A stretch of 64,000 nt of DNA from Planctomycetota bacterium (GTDB lineage: Bacteria > Planctomycetota > Phycisphaerae > UBA1845), in the NCBI GenBank assembly GCA_016860685.1, contig BOJX01000001.1, forward strand, positions 29,776 through 93,775, in the 5' to 3' direction. A program made the translations under genes and the position numbers. Within the stretch, counting starts at the first letter, position 1. Every line of letters starts with the position of its first letter. The notes below the pieces were generated by a model. The model saw only the letters and a program-made list of their open reading frames with translations. It made no database searches and was not told the origin of the DNA. Positions 1 to 9,400 of the stretch are shown piece after piece.

Positions 1-1053
1 GCCGGCGCGCATCGGCGTGCCGTTGCTGGTGTGATGGGCGAGCATCTGAAGGAGGTTCCAGTACATCGTGCGGAAGTTCACCGCGCTGATTCGGACCGGT
101 TCGCGCATCGTCGCGGTTTGCAGGTGCACTTCGAGATGAATGTCCAACCCCCAGTTTCCCGGCGAGCGCAGATGCGGCAGCGGCGCGGGCTCCTGCGCCG
201 GACCGGGAACGCGGAACGGCGCGAGAGCATCCAGCGTCACCACCCACGGACTGATCGACGTGGCGAAGGACTTCCCGAGAAAGGGACCGAGCGGAACGTA
301 CTCCCAGCGCTGAATGTCCCGCGCGCTCCAGTCATTCAGCAGTACCAGCCCGAAGAGGTGATCCGCGGCGTGCTCGATCGGGATCGGCTGACCCGGCGCG
401 TTCCCTGTGCCGAGAAAGACGCCCACCTCAAGTTCGTAATCCAACGCGCGGCTGGGTCCGAACGTCGGCACGGATGCGTCATCCGCCTTCGTCTGCCCCG
501 AGGGGCGATGCACGTCCACGCCAGAGACGAAGATCGAGCTGCTGCGTCCGTGATAGCCGATCGGCATGTGCAGCCAGTTGGGCGTCAGCGGGTTCGCCGG
601 ATCGCGGAACATGCTGCCGACGTTGGAGGCGTGGTCCTTTGAGGCGTAAAAGTCGGTGAAGTCGCCGATCTCGACCGGGAGGCGCATGCGCACATCCGCC
701 CGCGGGATGAACACGCGCGCCCGCGTTCTCGCATCGTCGCGGAGCGTCGGACTGTCCGCCGAGAGCAGCGTCGTCACCCAGTGCCGCACCTCCGTCCAGA
801 CCGCCCGTCCGCGGCGCAGGAAGTCATTGAGCGTCGGTCGGGCGAAGACGTTGTCCGCGGCGAGCGACGTGGCGTCGAAAAGACCGGCCTGGTGCGCGGC
901 GGAAAGGTCGAACACCAGGTCGCCGATCGCCACCCCGACGCGCGGCCCGCCAGCGTCCTCGAACACGCCGTAAGGAAGGTTCTGGATCGGAAAGTCATGA
1001 TCCGCGGGGACATCGATCCACGAGCGCAAGACTGGATTCGCAGGCGTTTTCAT
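1..1053 (-). CDS. fahA: fumarylacetoacetase, first 351 codons (3' end lies beyond the window start)
   Basis: Absent from the ORF track because it is open at the window edge. Hand translation of the minus strand from ATG 1053-1051 gives MKTPANPVLRSWIDVPADHDFPIQNLPYGVFEDAGGPRVGVAIGDLVFDLS...EIGDFTDFYASKDHASNVGSMFRD. This is the typical fumarylacetoacetase N-terminus and catalytic-domain motif. The frame stays open to base 1. Confidence 0.85.
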   Translation of the reverse strand, partial: MKTPANPVLRSWIDVPADHDFPIQNLPYGVFEDAGGPRVGVAIGDLVFDLSAAHQAGLFDATSLAADNVFARPTLNDFLRRGRAVWTEVRHWVTTLLSADSPTLRDDARTRARVFIPRADVRMRLPVEIGDFTDFYASKDHASNVGSMFRDPANPLTPNWLHMPIGYHGRSSSIFVSGVDVHRPSGQTKADDASVPTFGPSRALDYELEVGVFLGTGNAPGQPIPIEHAADHLFGLVLLNDWSARDIQRWEYVPLGPFLGKSFATSISPWVVTLDALAPFRVPGPAQEPAPLPHLRSPGNWGLDIHLEVHLQTATMREPVRISAVNFRTMYWNLLQMLAHHTSNGTPMRAG

Positions 1054-1101
1054 GGCGCGGCGCTTATACGCCGGGGTCACGCCGGATTCAACCTCGTCGC
1101 G

Positions 1102-2079
1102 TCACCACCACCCCAGGGCGCGCAGGTCATCCACCGGTTCGGTCAGGCTGCAACTGCCGAACGACAGCGCCAGCGCCCCGCGACAGACGCGAATCCGCTC
1201 AAGCGTCAGCCGGTGTCCGCGCCACGCGATCGCGTCGTCGCTGATCGAGAAGACGGCTGGGGCTTCCTCCACCAGCACGGACTCGATGTCGCGGACGGGC
1301 AAGCGCTCCGCGTGCGCGAATGCGGCGGCGACGAAAACGTTGAGGAACCCGTGCATCTTCGTCCCGACCTCCCGGGATTCGTGGCGCAGGGGATGATGCA
1401 GTCCGGCGGTGGCCTTGAAGGGAACGTCCGCAGCGGCGCATTCCGCGATGAAGGCGGCGACCTGCGCCACGGGCGGGATCTGGTGCGCTTCAACGCCGCC
1501 GGTGCGGAGTTTCAGACCGAGTGCGCGGTGACGATCGCGCACCGTCCGCACTCCTTCCACGGCGTGCGAGAACGCCCTCGTCCAGTCCTCACCGGGCGCG
1601 ATCTCCAGAAAAAGCGACGGGCTTGAGGCGTCGCCCGGCGACACCGCGTCGCCCCACGCCTCGGCCGCGGCGGCTGCGACGCGAGCGACGTCTCCTGCTC
1701 CGGCTTGGACAACCGAAGCAGGCAGGCGCGTCTCAAGCGCATCCACCAGAACGCTTCCCTCCAGGCGCTGGCGGATGCCGGAGACGTCCGCCAGATCGGC
1801 CCGCAGTCCTGTCAGGAACGACGCCTCATCCTCCCCGCCGCGTCCCAGTCCGGAAAAGCGCCACGGCGCGTCGCCCGGCTGCGCCAGCCGGGTCCGCAGC
1901 GCATCCACCGCGCCGAGCGTCGCACAAGGACAGACGAACCGCGCCAGCATCCACGCCGCCTCGCCTTGAAGATACGCCGCGTAATTCCGCAGCGCGTCCG
2001 GCAGCGCCAGCTTCGCCGGCGGGAAAAGGCCGGCGTAGTCGAGGATTCCGCTCAAAAGCGTGCGAAGACTCTGCTTCAT
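1102..2079 (-). CDS. conserved hypothetical protein (function unknown)
   Basis: ORF 1102..2211. Start preferred at the internal ATG 2079 (MKQSLRTLLSGILDYAGLFPPAKL...). Composition looks protein-like and includes a KATAGLHHPLRHE motif. The gene lies 48 nt upstream of fahA on the same strand. Confidence 0.6.
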   Translation of the reverse strand: MKQSLRTLLSGILDYAGLFPPAKLALPDALRNYAAYLQGEAAWMLARFVCPCATLGAVDALRTRLAQPGDAPWRFSGLGRGGEDEASFLTGLRADLADVSGIRQRLEGSVLVDALETRLPASVVQAGAGDVARVAAAAAEAWGDAVSPGDASSPSLFLEIAPGEDWTRAFSHAVEGVRTVRDRHRALGLKLRTGGVEAHQIPPVAQVAAFIAECAAADVPFKATAGLHHPLRHESREVGTKMHGFLNVFVAAAFAHAERLPVRDIESVLVEEAPAVFSISDDAIAWRGHRLTLERIRVCRGALALSFGSCSLTEPVDDLRALGWW

Positions 2080-2256
2080 GTTGACGGTCCGAAACCCGGT
2101 CGCCGGACCCGTGCTCGGCGCGTGGCCCGACCGAGTGTGCCGCGAGACTTCCGCGGTCCGACGGTCGCTCACCGGGAAGTCACTTCCTGATTCCTGACAT
2201 CGCTGCGCCACGTAAAGGGCAGACGAAGGCAGATCGGAAACCGACGCGCCCCCCTG

Positions 2257-3423
2257 TCAAGGTCCGGTGATGTTCCCTCTGAAGACGCGGTAATCCGGCA
2301 AGTCCACGTCGTTGTCGCCGTTGTTGTCGAAGACGCCGCAGCCGGAGTCCGCATCGCCGCCGGCGCCGGTGAAGCAATTCATAAAGGCGGCGATGTCACG
2401 CAAGTCCACGTCGCCGTCGCGGTCTGCGTCGCCGAATTCCGCTCCCGAGGCGGGCAGCGTCAGGTCCGTGAACACGATGAAGTGGTCTGCCGCCGCCGCG
2501 CTCGTGCCGGACGACAGCGCCGAGCCGCACTTCGCCAGCCCGCCGCCCAGCCCCTCGTCGCGCGAGTCGTACACTTCCGACGGCGGGTCATACCCGGAAA
2601 GCAATGCGCTGACGAGGATGTAATCCAGCCGGCGACCCGAACTGTCTCGCGTCGCGTCGCGCCCGTCCTTCTGACGCGCCTCCAGCGCGGTCACCTCCGG
2701 TCCGGAGGCCGAAGTCAGATAGATGAAAGGGTCGTTGCGGATGCCCTGCGCGTTCAGAATTGTTCGCAGATCATTGCCGAGACGCCAGTTCGTCGGCATT
2801 CCGCCGGGAACCTGCGTAAAAGGGTCCGGCGAGCGCGGCACGCTGTCGATCTCCTCGTTCATGTCCCCGAGGATCACGAAAGCGTCCACGTCCGTGTCCA
2901 GATCGCCGACGGCCTGAGCGGCGCGCAGCGACTCGACCGCGCGCCGAAACTCGTCCGCGTCGGCGGTTCCCGACTTCCAGTGCTCCGTCACAAGCGTCAG
3001 CGGCGCCGCGCCGGGAACGTCCAGCACGACCTCGACGATCAGGCGGGTGATGTCGTTGGCGTTGGAGTCGCCGGAAAGGTTCGCCGACGTGTTGATCGTC
3101 GTGCGCATAAAGGGATGCCGGCTCAGAAAGCCGTTGCGCAACGAGCCGAAAGGATTGCTCGTCGGGACGATCGTGTACGCGAAACCGGCGTCTTCGGCGA
3201 GGTCGGCGAAGTCATCCAGTTCGTCGCCCTCGATCTCCTGGATCGCCACCACGTCGGGACAGATGCGCCCGAGAATCGCCAGCGCCGCATTGTATTCGCT
3301 GCTGCCGCGTACGCCGATCGTCTCGAGGTTCCACGTCGCCACCCGCACGATCGTGTCCGCTGACACCCCCGCGGCGCCGCCTGCCAGGATGAGCACTGCA
3401 ATGATCCCGTCTTGCCTTCGCAC
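2257..3423 (-). CDS. secreted endonuclease/exonuclease/phosphatase (EEP) family protein with C-terminal dockerin-like module
   Basis: N-terminal signal-like segment, then VATWNLE...PDVVAIQEI...LGDMNE, which are EEP-type motifs. The C-terminus is GDADRDGDVDLRDIAAFMNCFTG...NNGDNDVDLPDY, two DxDxDG Ca-loop repeats. Confidence 0.75.
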   Translation of the reverse strand: MRRQDGIIAVLILAGGAAGVSADTIVRVATWNLETIGVRGSSEYNAALAILGRICPDVVAIQEIEGDELDDFADLAEDAGFAYTIVPTSNPFGSLRNGFLSRHPFMRTTINTSANLSGDSNANDITRLIVEVVLDVPGAAPLTLVTEHWKSGTADADEFRRAVESLRAAQAVGDLDTDVDAFVILGDMNEEIDSVPRSPDPFTQVPGGMPTNWRLGNDLRTILNAQGIRNDPFIYLTSASGPEVTALEARQKDGRDATRDSSGRRLDYILVSALLSGYDPPSEVYDSRDEGLGGGLAKCGSALSSGTSAAAADHFIVFTDLTLPASGAEFGDADRDGDVDLRDIAAFMNCFTGAGGDADSGCGVFDNNGDNDVDLPDYRVFRGNITGP

Positions 3424-3525
3424 GATGCTCCCTTCCCCCCGTCGTCCACACTGCTCCCGGTCTCCCGGCGGGCGGGGTCGGCGACGTCGCGCCTTCGGCG
3501 CGGAAGACGCCGAGACCGCGAGGCA

Positions 3526-3555
3526 TTGTAATAAAATCGACGCTGCGGGTAAAAT
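3526..3555 (+). promoter_or_regulatory. candidate sigma70-type promoter (TTGTAA-N18-TAAAAT) for the 3680 gene
   Basis: AT-rich patch in a GC-rich divergent intergenic region. -35-like hexamer at 3526-3531 and -10-like hexamer at 3550-3555. Confidence 0.3.
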
Positions 3556-3679
3556 CCGGCCGACAACACGGCGTCCGTAAAGCCGGGAGGCCGCTCCGAC
3601 TCCGAGTCCTGCGATCTGACGCCCTCATATGCGGCGTTCCGGTTTGACCGGCCGCGCCGACGTTGCATATTCTCCCGAC

Positions 3680-4318
3680 ATGGCGATCCGATTCTTATGC
3701 CCGTCGTGCCGACAGCCGATCGAGACCGACGATGAGTGGGCCGAGAAGCTCGTCGCGTGCCCGTTTTGCCGGGCGACCGTCTGCGCGCCGACGCTGTCCA
3801 CGCTCGGTCCGATCGAAGCGGCGACGGACGTTCCGGGGGCGCGTCCCGCGTGGTCGCCCGACGTCCCGTGGGCGGATGCGGAGGCGACCTTTTCAGGACC
3901 ACCCCGGATCGCGTTCGGTGAGGATCCCGCTCGGAAAGACGCCAACGCGCGTCGGTTGGCGACGATCGCGATCGTTCTGGCCGCACTCAGCATCGCCACG
4001 TTCACGGCGATGTCGCTGATCCTCGCGCCGCATCGCGAGGAGTTGTTCGCATTCACCAAGGAGTTTCAGGACGGCGGCTCGGTCATGCAGGCACAGAAGC
4101 GGATGATGGACGACCTGATGAGCCGCCCCGGCGGTATCCCGAGCTGGTACGTGGCGTCAAGCGTGGCGATGTGGCTGGGGATGTTGTTGTGGTTGCCGGC
4201 GCTGATACTGACGATCCTCGGGATGCGCCGCGCCGCGGCCCGGGGACGCGCCGTCACCGCGATGCTCTTGTCGGTGATCGCTCCGATGATCTGCTGTTGC
4301 ACCTTCATACCGTGGTGA
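3680..4318 (+). CDS. membrane protein with N-terminal zinc-ribbon
   Basis: ORF 3629..4318; ATG at 3680 gives MAIRFLCPSCRQPIETDDEWAEKLVACPFCRATV (CxxC...CxxC). Three hydrophobic helices follow in the C-terminal half. Confidence 0.6.
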   Translation: MAIRFLCPSCRQPIETDDEWAEKLVACPFCRATVCAPTLSTLGPIEAATDVPGARPAWSPDVPWADAEATFSGPPRIAFGEDPARKDANARRLATIAIVLAALSIATFTAMSLILAPHREELFAFTKEFQDGGSVMQAQKRMMDDLMSRPGGIPSWYVASSVAMWLGMLLWLPALILTILGMRRAAARGRAVTAMLLSVIAPMICCCTFIPW

Positions 4319-4371
4319 CGAAGCCGCCCGACCCCCAGGAGGGTCGGGTCGGCGATCTGGCGGGGGCTTTG

Positions 4372-5145
4372 ATGACAGAGGCGATCCTTCGAGATCTTCT
4401 GGACGCTGTGCGCCGCGGCGCGACTCCCGTCGAGGACGCGATGGCGCGCCTGGCGATCCTCCCCTTCGAAGAACTGCCCTTTGCCCGGGTCGATCATCAT
4501 CGCGCGATCCGTTGCGGGTTCCCGGAGGTCATCTTCTGCCCCGGGAAGACGCCGGATGACACCGCCACGATCTTCGAAGCCCGGGCCCGCGCGGGCGGAA
4601 ACGTCCTCGCGACCCGTGCCGCACCCGAGCAGGCCGACGCGATCCGGCGCCGCACGCCCGACGCACAACATCATGTACGCGCCCGCGCCGTCACCCTGCG
4701 TCAGGAGCCTGCCGCCGCTCCGCTCGGAACCGTCGCAATCCTCGCCGCCGGAACCAGCGACGCCCCGGTCGTCGAGGAGGCGAAGGTCTCGTGCGACATG
4801 ATGAACCTCTCGGCGCACACCGTGTACGACGTCGGCGTCGCTGGACTGCACCGTCTCGTCGCGGCGTGGACGGACCTGCGCGACGCGGACGTCCTCATCG
4901 TCGTCGCCGGGATGGAAGGGGCGCTCCCCAGCGTCGTCGGCGGATTGACCGACAAACCGGTGATCGCCGTCCCGACCAGCGCCGGATACGGCGTGAACTT
5001 CGGCGGGCTGACCGCGCTGCTGGCGATGCTCAACACCTGCGCCTCCGGCGTCACGGTCGTCAACATCGACAACGGGTTCGGCGCCGCCTGCGCCGCGGGA
5101 CGGATGCTGCGCGCCCTGCGGCGGCGAGACGACGCCCCCCCCTGA
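4372..5145 (+). CDS. larB: nickel-pincer cofactor biosynthesis protein LarB (PurE-like carboxylase/hydrolase)
   Basis: Internal ATG 4372 (MTEAILRDLLDAV...). Motifs AAGTSDAPVVEEA, DVGVAGLHRL, VVAGMEGALPSVVGGL, AVPTSAGYG and NIDNGFGAA are typical of LarB / NCAIR-mutase-like proteins. Confidence 0.8.
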   Translation: MTEAILRDLLDAVRRGATPVEDAMARLAILPFEELPFARVDHHRAIRCGFPEVIFCPGKTPDDTATIFEARARAGGNVLATRAAPEQADAIRRRTPDAQHHVRARAVTLRQEPAAAPLGTVAILAAGTSDAPVVEEAKVSCDMMNLSAHTVYDVGVAGLHRLVAAWTDLRDADVLIVVAGMEGALPSVVGGLTDKPVIAVPTSAGYGVNFGGLTALLAMLNTCASGVTVVNIDNGFGAACAAGRMLRALRRRDDAPP

Positions 5146-5224
5146 GACCGCCTCGCCCGCGCTGGTCAGACGTTCCGCCGGCGACTATCCTCCGCCCGGA
5201 CGCCCCGAAATCGAAGGAGTCGTC

Positions 5225-6727
5225 ATGTCTGATGTTCCGCTTCGCGTCCGTTTCGCGCCGTCGCCGACGGGATATCTTCACGTCGGCGGCGCGCGGACCG
5301 TCCTTTTCAATTTCCTCCTGGCGCGCCGCCACGGCGGAACCTTCATCCTGCGCATCGAAGACACGGACCAGGACCGCCACGTCGAGGACTCGGTGGCGAA
5401 GATTCTCGACGACCTGCGCTGGCTCGGCATGAACTGGGACGAAGGACCGGAGAAGGGCGGCGACTTCGGGCCGTATTTTCAGAGCGCGTGCCTCGACGAG
5501 TACCGGGCCTGTGCCGCGCGCCTGCTCCAGTCCGGACAGGCGTATTACGCACTGGAGACCCCGGAGGAGCTGGACGCGATGCGCGAGCGCGCCCGCGCCG
5601 AGAAGCGGTCGTTCAAGTACCTGCGCCCGGACCCGCCACCGACCGTGGCGCAGGGCGAGGCCGCGAAGGCGGCGGGGCGCCCCGTCGTCATCCGCCTCAA
5701 GATGACCGGTGAGCCGATCACCGTGCATGACGAGGTGCTCGGCGATGTGACGATGCCCGCTGAGGAACTCGAGGACTTCGTCATCGTCAAGAGCGACGGC
5801 TGGCCGACGTACCACTTCGCCTGCGTCGTGGACGACGAACGCATGCGCGTCTCGCACGTCATCCGCGCGCAGGAGCATCTGATGAACACGCCGAAGCACA
5901 TCGCCCTCCAGCGGGCGCTGGGCTTCCGCACCCCGCGCTACGCCCACCTGCCGATCATCTTCAACCTCGACGGCACGAAGATGAGCAAACGCGACAAGGA
6001 GAGGGCGATCCGTGAAGGCCGCAAACCGCCGGAGATCGAGGTGCATGATTTCCGCGTGTCCGGGTATCTCCCCGAGGCGCTGATCAATTTCCTGGCGCTG
6101 CTCGGCTGGTCCAGCGGCGACGATCAGGAGCGGTTCACGCTCGACGAACTCGTGCAGCGGTTTTCGCTGGAGCGCGTCGGAAGGACTAACGCCCGCTTCG
6201 ACCGGGAGAAACTCGTCGCGTTTAACACGGAGTGGTGCGCGCGGGTCGGCCCGGCGCGCCTGCTGGAGGCGTTTAAGGACTTCCTCGCCGTCAATCAATC
6301 GCCGCTGTTGAAGTTCGACGAGGCGACGCTCACCCGCCTGCTTGCCGCGAAAAAGGGGCTGCGCACGTTCCGCGACGTCGAGGACTCCGCTCGGTTCCTG
6401 ATCATCAAGGACGACGAGGTCATATATGCCCCCGACGCCGTGCGGAAGGTGCTTGAGAAAAACGAGGGGGCGGGGTACGCGACGCTCGCCGCAATCCTGA
6501 CGGACCTGGATGCACAGACGGACTGGCGGCCCGAGGCTTTGCACGCCCTTCTTGAACGCACATGCGCCGCGCGAGGCCTGAAGATGGGCGACGTCGCCCA
6601 GCCGCTGCGCGTCGCAATCACCGGCACGACCGTCAGCCCGCCGATCCAGGACAGCCTCTCGCTGCTGGGGAAAGCCGCGACCTGCGCCCGCGTCCGGCGC
6701 TGCCTGTCCCAGCGAGCGCCGGGGTAA
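5225..6727 (+). CDS. gltX: glutamate--tRNA ligase
   Basis: RFAPSPTGYLHVGGARTVLFN (HIGH region), ILRIEDTD, and KMSKRD (KMSKS region). 500 aa. Confidence 0.93.
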   Translation: MSDVPLRVRFAPSPTGYLHVGGARTVLFNFLLARRHGGTFILRIEDTDQDRHVEDSVAKILDDLRWLGMNWDEGPEKGGDFGPYFQSACLDEYRACAARLLQSGQAYYALETPEELDAMRERARAEKRSFKYLRPDPPPTVAQGEAAKAAGRPVVIRLKMTGEPITVHDEVLGDVTMPAEELEDFVIVKSDGWPTYHFACVVDDERMRVSHVIRAQEHLMNTPKHIALQRALGFRTPRYAHLPIIFNLDGTKMSKRDKERAIREGRKPPEIEVHDFRVSGYLPEALINFLALLGWSSGDDQERFTLDELVQRFSLERVGRTNARFDREKLVAFNTEWCARVGPARLLEAFKDFLAVNQSPLLKFDEATLTRLLAAKKGLRTFRDVEDSARFLIIKDDEVIYAPDAVRKVLEKNEGAGYATLAAILTDLDAQTDWRPEALHALLERTCAARGLKMGDVAQPLRVAITGTTVSPPIQDSLSLLGKAATCARVRRCLSQRAPG

Positions 6728-6772
6728 CCCCCCCGCGTGCCGCCGCGTCCCCGCGAGCCGCCTCGGTCGCCG

Positions 6773-7567
6773 TCATGCGCTCGCCGCGCGGACCGTGTTG
6801 CGCAGCACGCCGATGCCGTCGATCTCGACCTCGATCGTATCTCCCGGTTTCAGAAACACGGGAGGTTTCCTGGCGAACCCGACCCCCTCAGGCGTGCCGC
6901 TCAGGATCAACGTGCCCGGCAGCAGCGTGAACTGGTGAGACACGTAGCTGACCAGCTTTGCACAACCGTGAATCATGTCGCGCGTGTTCGAGTCCTGCAT
7001 GACCGCGCCGTTAAGCCGGCTGCGGATCGGGCACACCGCCGCGTCCAACTCGTCCCGCGTGACGATCCAGGGTCCGAGGGGGCAGAACGTGTCGAAGCCC
7101 TTCGCGCGGGCCCACTGCTTGTCGTTGCGCTGGCAGTCGCGGGCGGACACGTCGTTGGCGCAGGTGTAACCGAAAACGCAGTTCAGCGCCTCCGCTTCAG
7201 AAACGTCCTTCGCTCGTCGCCCGATAACGATCGCCAGCTCCGCCTCGAAATCCACCTCGCTCGGCGCTGGCGCGGGCAGAACAATCTCGCCGCCCGGATC
7301 GAGCACCGACGTCGTCGCCTTCATGAAGATCAGCGGCGCCTCGGGAACCTGCGAGCCCGTCTCCTTCGCATGTGCGGCGTAGTTGCGCCCGATCGCGAAG
7401 ATGTTCGGCGGGACGACCGGCGCGAGCCACCGCGCAACGTTCACACGGCGCGGTACGATCGTAGGCGCGCCGAAGACATCGCCGTCGATCGGTTCGGCGG
7501 CGCCTTCGTCAATGACGCGCCCTGAAAGCACGCGCCCATCCCGCGTCAGAAACCGTGCAATGCGCAT
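6773..7567 (-). CDS. fumarylacetoacetate hydrolase (FAH) family protein
   Basis: ATG 7567 gives MRIARFLTRDGRVLSG... FAH-fold motifs: IFAIGRNYAAHAKE, EAELAIVIG, GYTCANDVSARD, GTPEGVG. Confidence 0.85.
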   Translation of the reverse strand: MRIARFLTRDGRVLSGRVIDEGAAEPIDGDVFGAPTIVPRRVNVARWLAPVVPPNIFAIGRNYAAHAKETGSQVPEAPLIFMKATTSVLDPGGEIVLPAPAPSEVDFEAELAIVIGRRAKDVSEAEALNCVFGYTCANDVSARDCQRNDKQWARAKGFDTFCPLGPWIVTRDELDAAVCPIRSRLNGAVMQDSNTRDMIHGCAKLVSYVSHQFTLLPGTLILSGTPEGVGFARKPPVFLKPGDTIEVEIDGIGVLRNTVRAASA

Positions 7568-7667
7568 CTGCGCATGATAGACCCTGCCCCCGTCGCCGTC
7601 ACGCGGTATCCCGATGCACATACTTAACCGCGTGCCTCGCGGGGGTGCGCGTTCAGTGCGATCGCCG

Positions 7668-8693
7668 CTACATCCGCGCCACGCGGGCTGCGAGATCCAC
7701 CGTGCGTGAGGAGTAGCCCCACTCATTGTCGTACCAGCCGACGACTTTGATGAGCGTGCCTCCTTTGCCGGGCATCGTCATCGTGCTTTCCGCATCGATG
7801 ATGCAGCTCGCCGGGTTGCCGATGATGTCGCTGCTGACGACCGGGTCCGTGCAATACTCGAGGATGCCCTTCATCTTACCCTCGGACGCAGCCTTCAGCG
7901 CCGCGTTGATCGCCTCCTTCGTCGCACTTTTCTGAAGCGTGGCGACAAGATCCACGATCGACCCGTCCGGCACCGGCACGCGCAGGGAGAAGCCGTTGAG
8001 CTTCCCGTCGAGGGCGGGGAGCACCTTCCCGACCGCTTTCGCGGCGCCGGTCGTCGTCGGAATGATGTTCTGCGCGGCGGCGCGGGCGCGGCGCAGATCC
8101 TTATGCACGAGGTCGGAGACGCGCTGGTCGTTCGTGTAAGCGTGGACGGTCGTCATCAGCCCCTCGACCAGACCGAACGTCTCGTGAATCACTTTCGCCA
8201 TCGGCGCGAGGCAGTTCGTCGTGCAACTCGCGTTCGAGATGCACAGGTGGCTGCCCTTGAGCTGGTCATCGTTGACCCCGAGGACGACGGTGATGTCCGG
8301 GTCGTCGCTGGCGGGCGCGGAGAGGATCACCTTTTTCGCCCCGGCCTTGAGGTGATCGCCGTAACCGCCCTTTTCCGACGAACGCTTTGTGAAAACGCCG
8401 GTGGATTCGATGCAGACGTCTATGCCGAGTTCCTTCCAGGGAAGTTTCGACGGATCCTTCTCCGCCAGCACCCGGACCGGTTTGCCCTCCACGACGATCG
8501 CTCCGTCCCTCGCCTCGACGTGCTTTTCGAAGCGGCCGTGGACGGAGTCGTACTTCAGCAGGTGTGCGAGGGAGGGCACGTCGGTCAGATCGTTGACGGC
8601 GACAACCTCGAAATCGGACGCCCGCTGCGACATGATACGAAACACGATCTTGCCGATCCTGCCGAGCCCGTTGATCGCCACCCGAACCGCCAT
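7668..8693 (-). CDS. gap: type I glyceraldehyde-3-phosphate dehydrogenase
   Basis: ATG 8693 preceded by AAGGAG. Motifs [15 protein letters not shown] and [12 protein letters not shown] (active-site Cys), with WYDNEWGYS near the C-terminus. Confidence 0.95.
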   Translation of the reverse strand: MAVRVAINGLGRIGKIVFRIMSQRASDFEVVAVNDLTDVPSLAHLLKYDSVHGRFEKHVEARDGAIVVEGKPVRVLAEKDPSKLPWKELGIDVCIESTGVFTKRSSEKGGYGDHLKAGAKKVILSAPASDDPDITVVLGVNDDQLKGSHLCISNASCTTNCLAPMAKVIHETFGLVEGLMTTVHAYTNDQRVSDLVHKDLRRARAAAQNIIPTTTGAAKAVGKVLPALDGKLNGFSLRVPVPDGSIVDLVATLQKSATKEAINAALKAASEGKMKGILEYCTDPVVSSDIIGNPASCIIDAESTMTMPGKGGTLIKVVGWYDNEWGYSSRTVDLAARVARM

Positions 8694-9274
8694 GACAGTT
8701 GCTCCTTTGCTCTGCTCGCGTCCGCCCAGCCGTCCCCGTGCGGGGCGCGCCTTGCCCTGAAACCAGCGAATCCGCAGAAGACGCAGAGGGACGCAGATGT
8801 GCGAAGGCAACGATGCTCGTCTCTGCGAACCGAAGCGCGTCGGTGCGGGGTGTTCCGGATCTCTCAATGCGGAACGCGGATGAAAGTGTAAGAGGGCGGC
8901 TCGCGCCGTCAAGAAACCCGTCGCGGAGCCGACGACGCCGCTCGCCCGGCGCCTCCCGCTCGCAATCGGGTAGGAGGGGGCCTCGCGGCCCCCGTCCTCT
9001 CACTCCACCGGACGTACTCAGCATATCCGGCGGGTTCCTTCAGTGTTGCAATGCGGCATGTCGCGCGGTGAGGTTGAGAAGGCCTTGCCGCGCGAAACAC
9101 TCCTCGGACAGCGCTTCTTTCGCCGCCGGCCTGGCATCCGGTTTCTGTGCGTCGAGTCCGAGTTTTGGCCGTCAGCTTCCTTCAGATTCCGCCTCACGGC
9201 GGACACCCTTGCTCGGCCTGGCGGCTCCGGTCATCACGGCCCGCAGAGGACTTGCACCCCCCAACAGTCACGAC

Positions 9275-9369
9275 ATGCCTGACAAACAAAGGGGGTGCGC
9301 CTCCCTCCGGGAGGCGAATATCATCAGAAAAACCGGCATCACAAAGACCGATAGTTCTTCAACGAGCTG
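9275..9369 (-). repeat. structured ~95-bp repeat, copy A (31 nt downstream of the metallophosphoesterase stop)
   Basis: Aligns with 37675-37772 and 13236-13321. Contains a GC hairpin at 9298-9316, then GAAAAACCGGCATCACAAAGACCGAT and TTCAACGAGCTG. Confidence 0.7.
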
Positions 9370-9400
9370 TTAGGATCCGCGCAGGCAAATCTCGCCGAGA

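Noticed and set aside
8694-9274. The ~580-bp region upstream of gap as a possible additional gene or RNA.
   Set aside because: Only short junk ORFs are present. Apart from a GC hairpin (about 8968-8990) and the gap Shine-Dalgarno sequence, I saw no repeat, conserved block or recognisable RNA motif.
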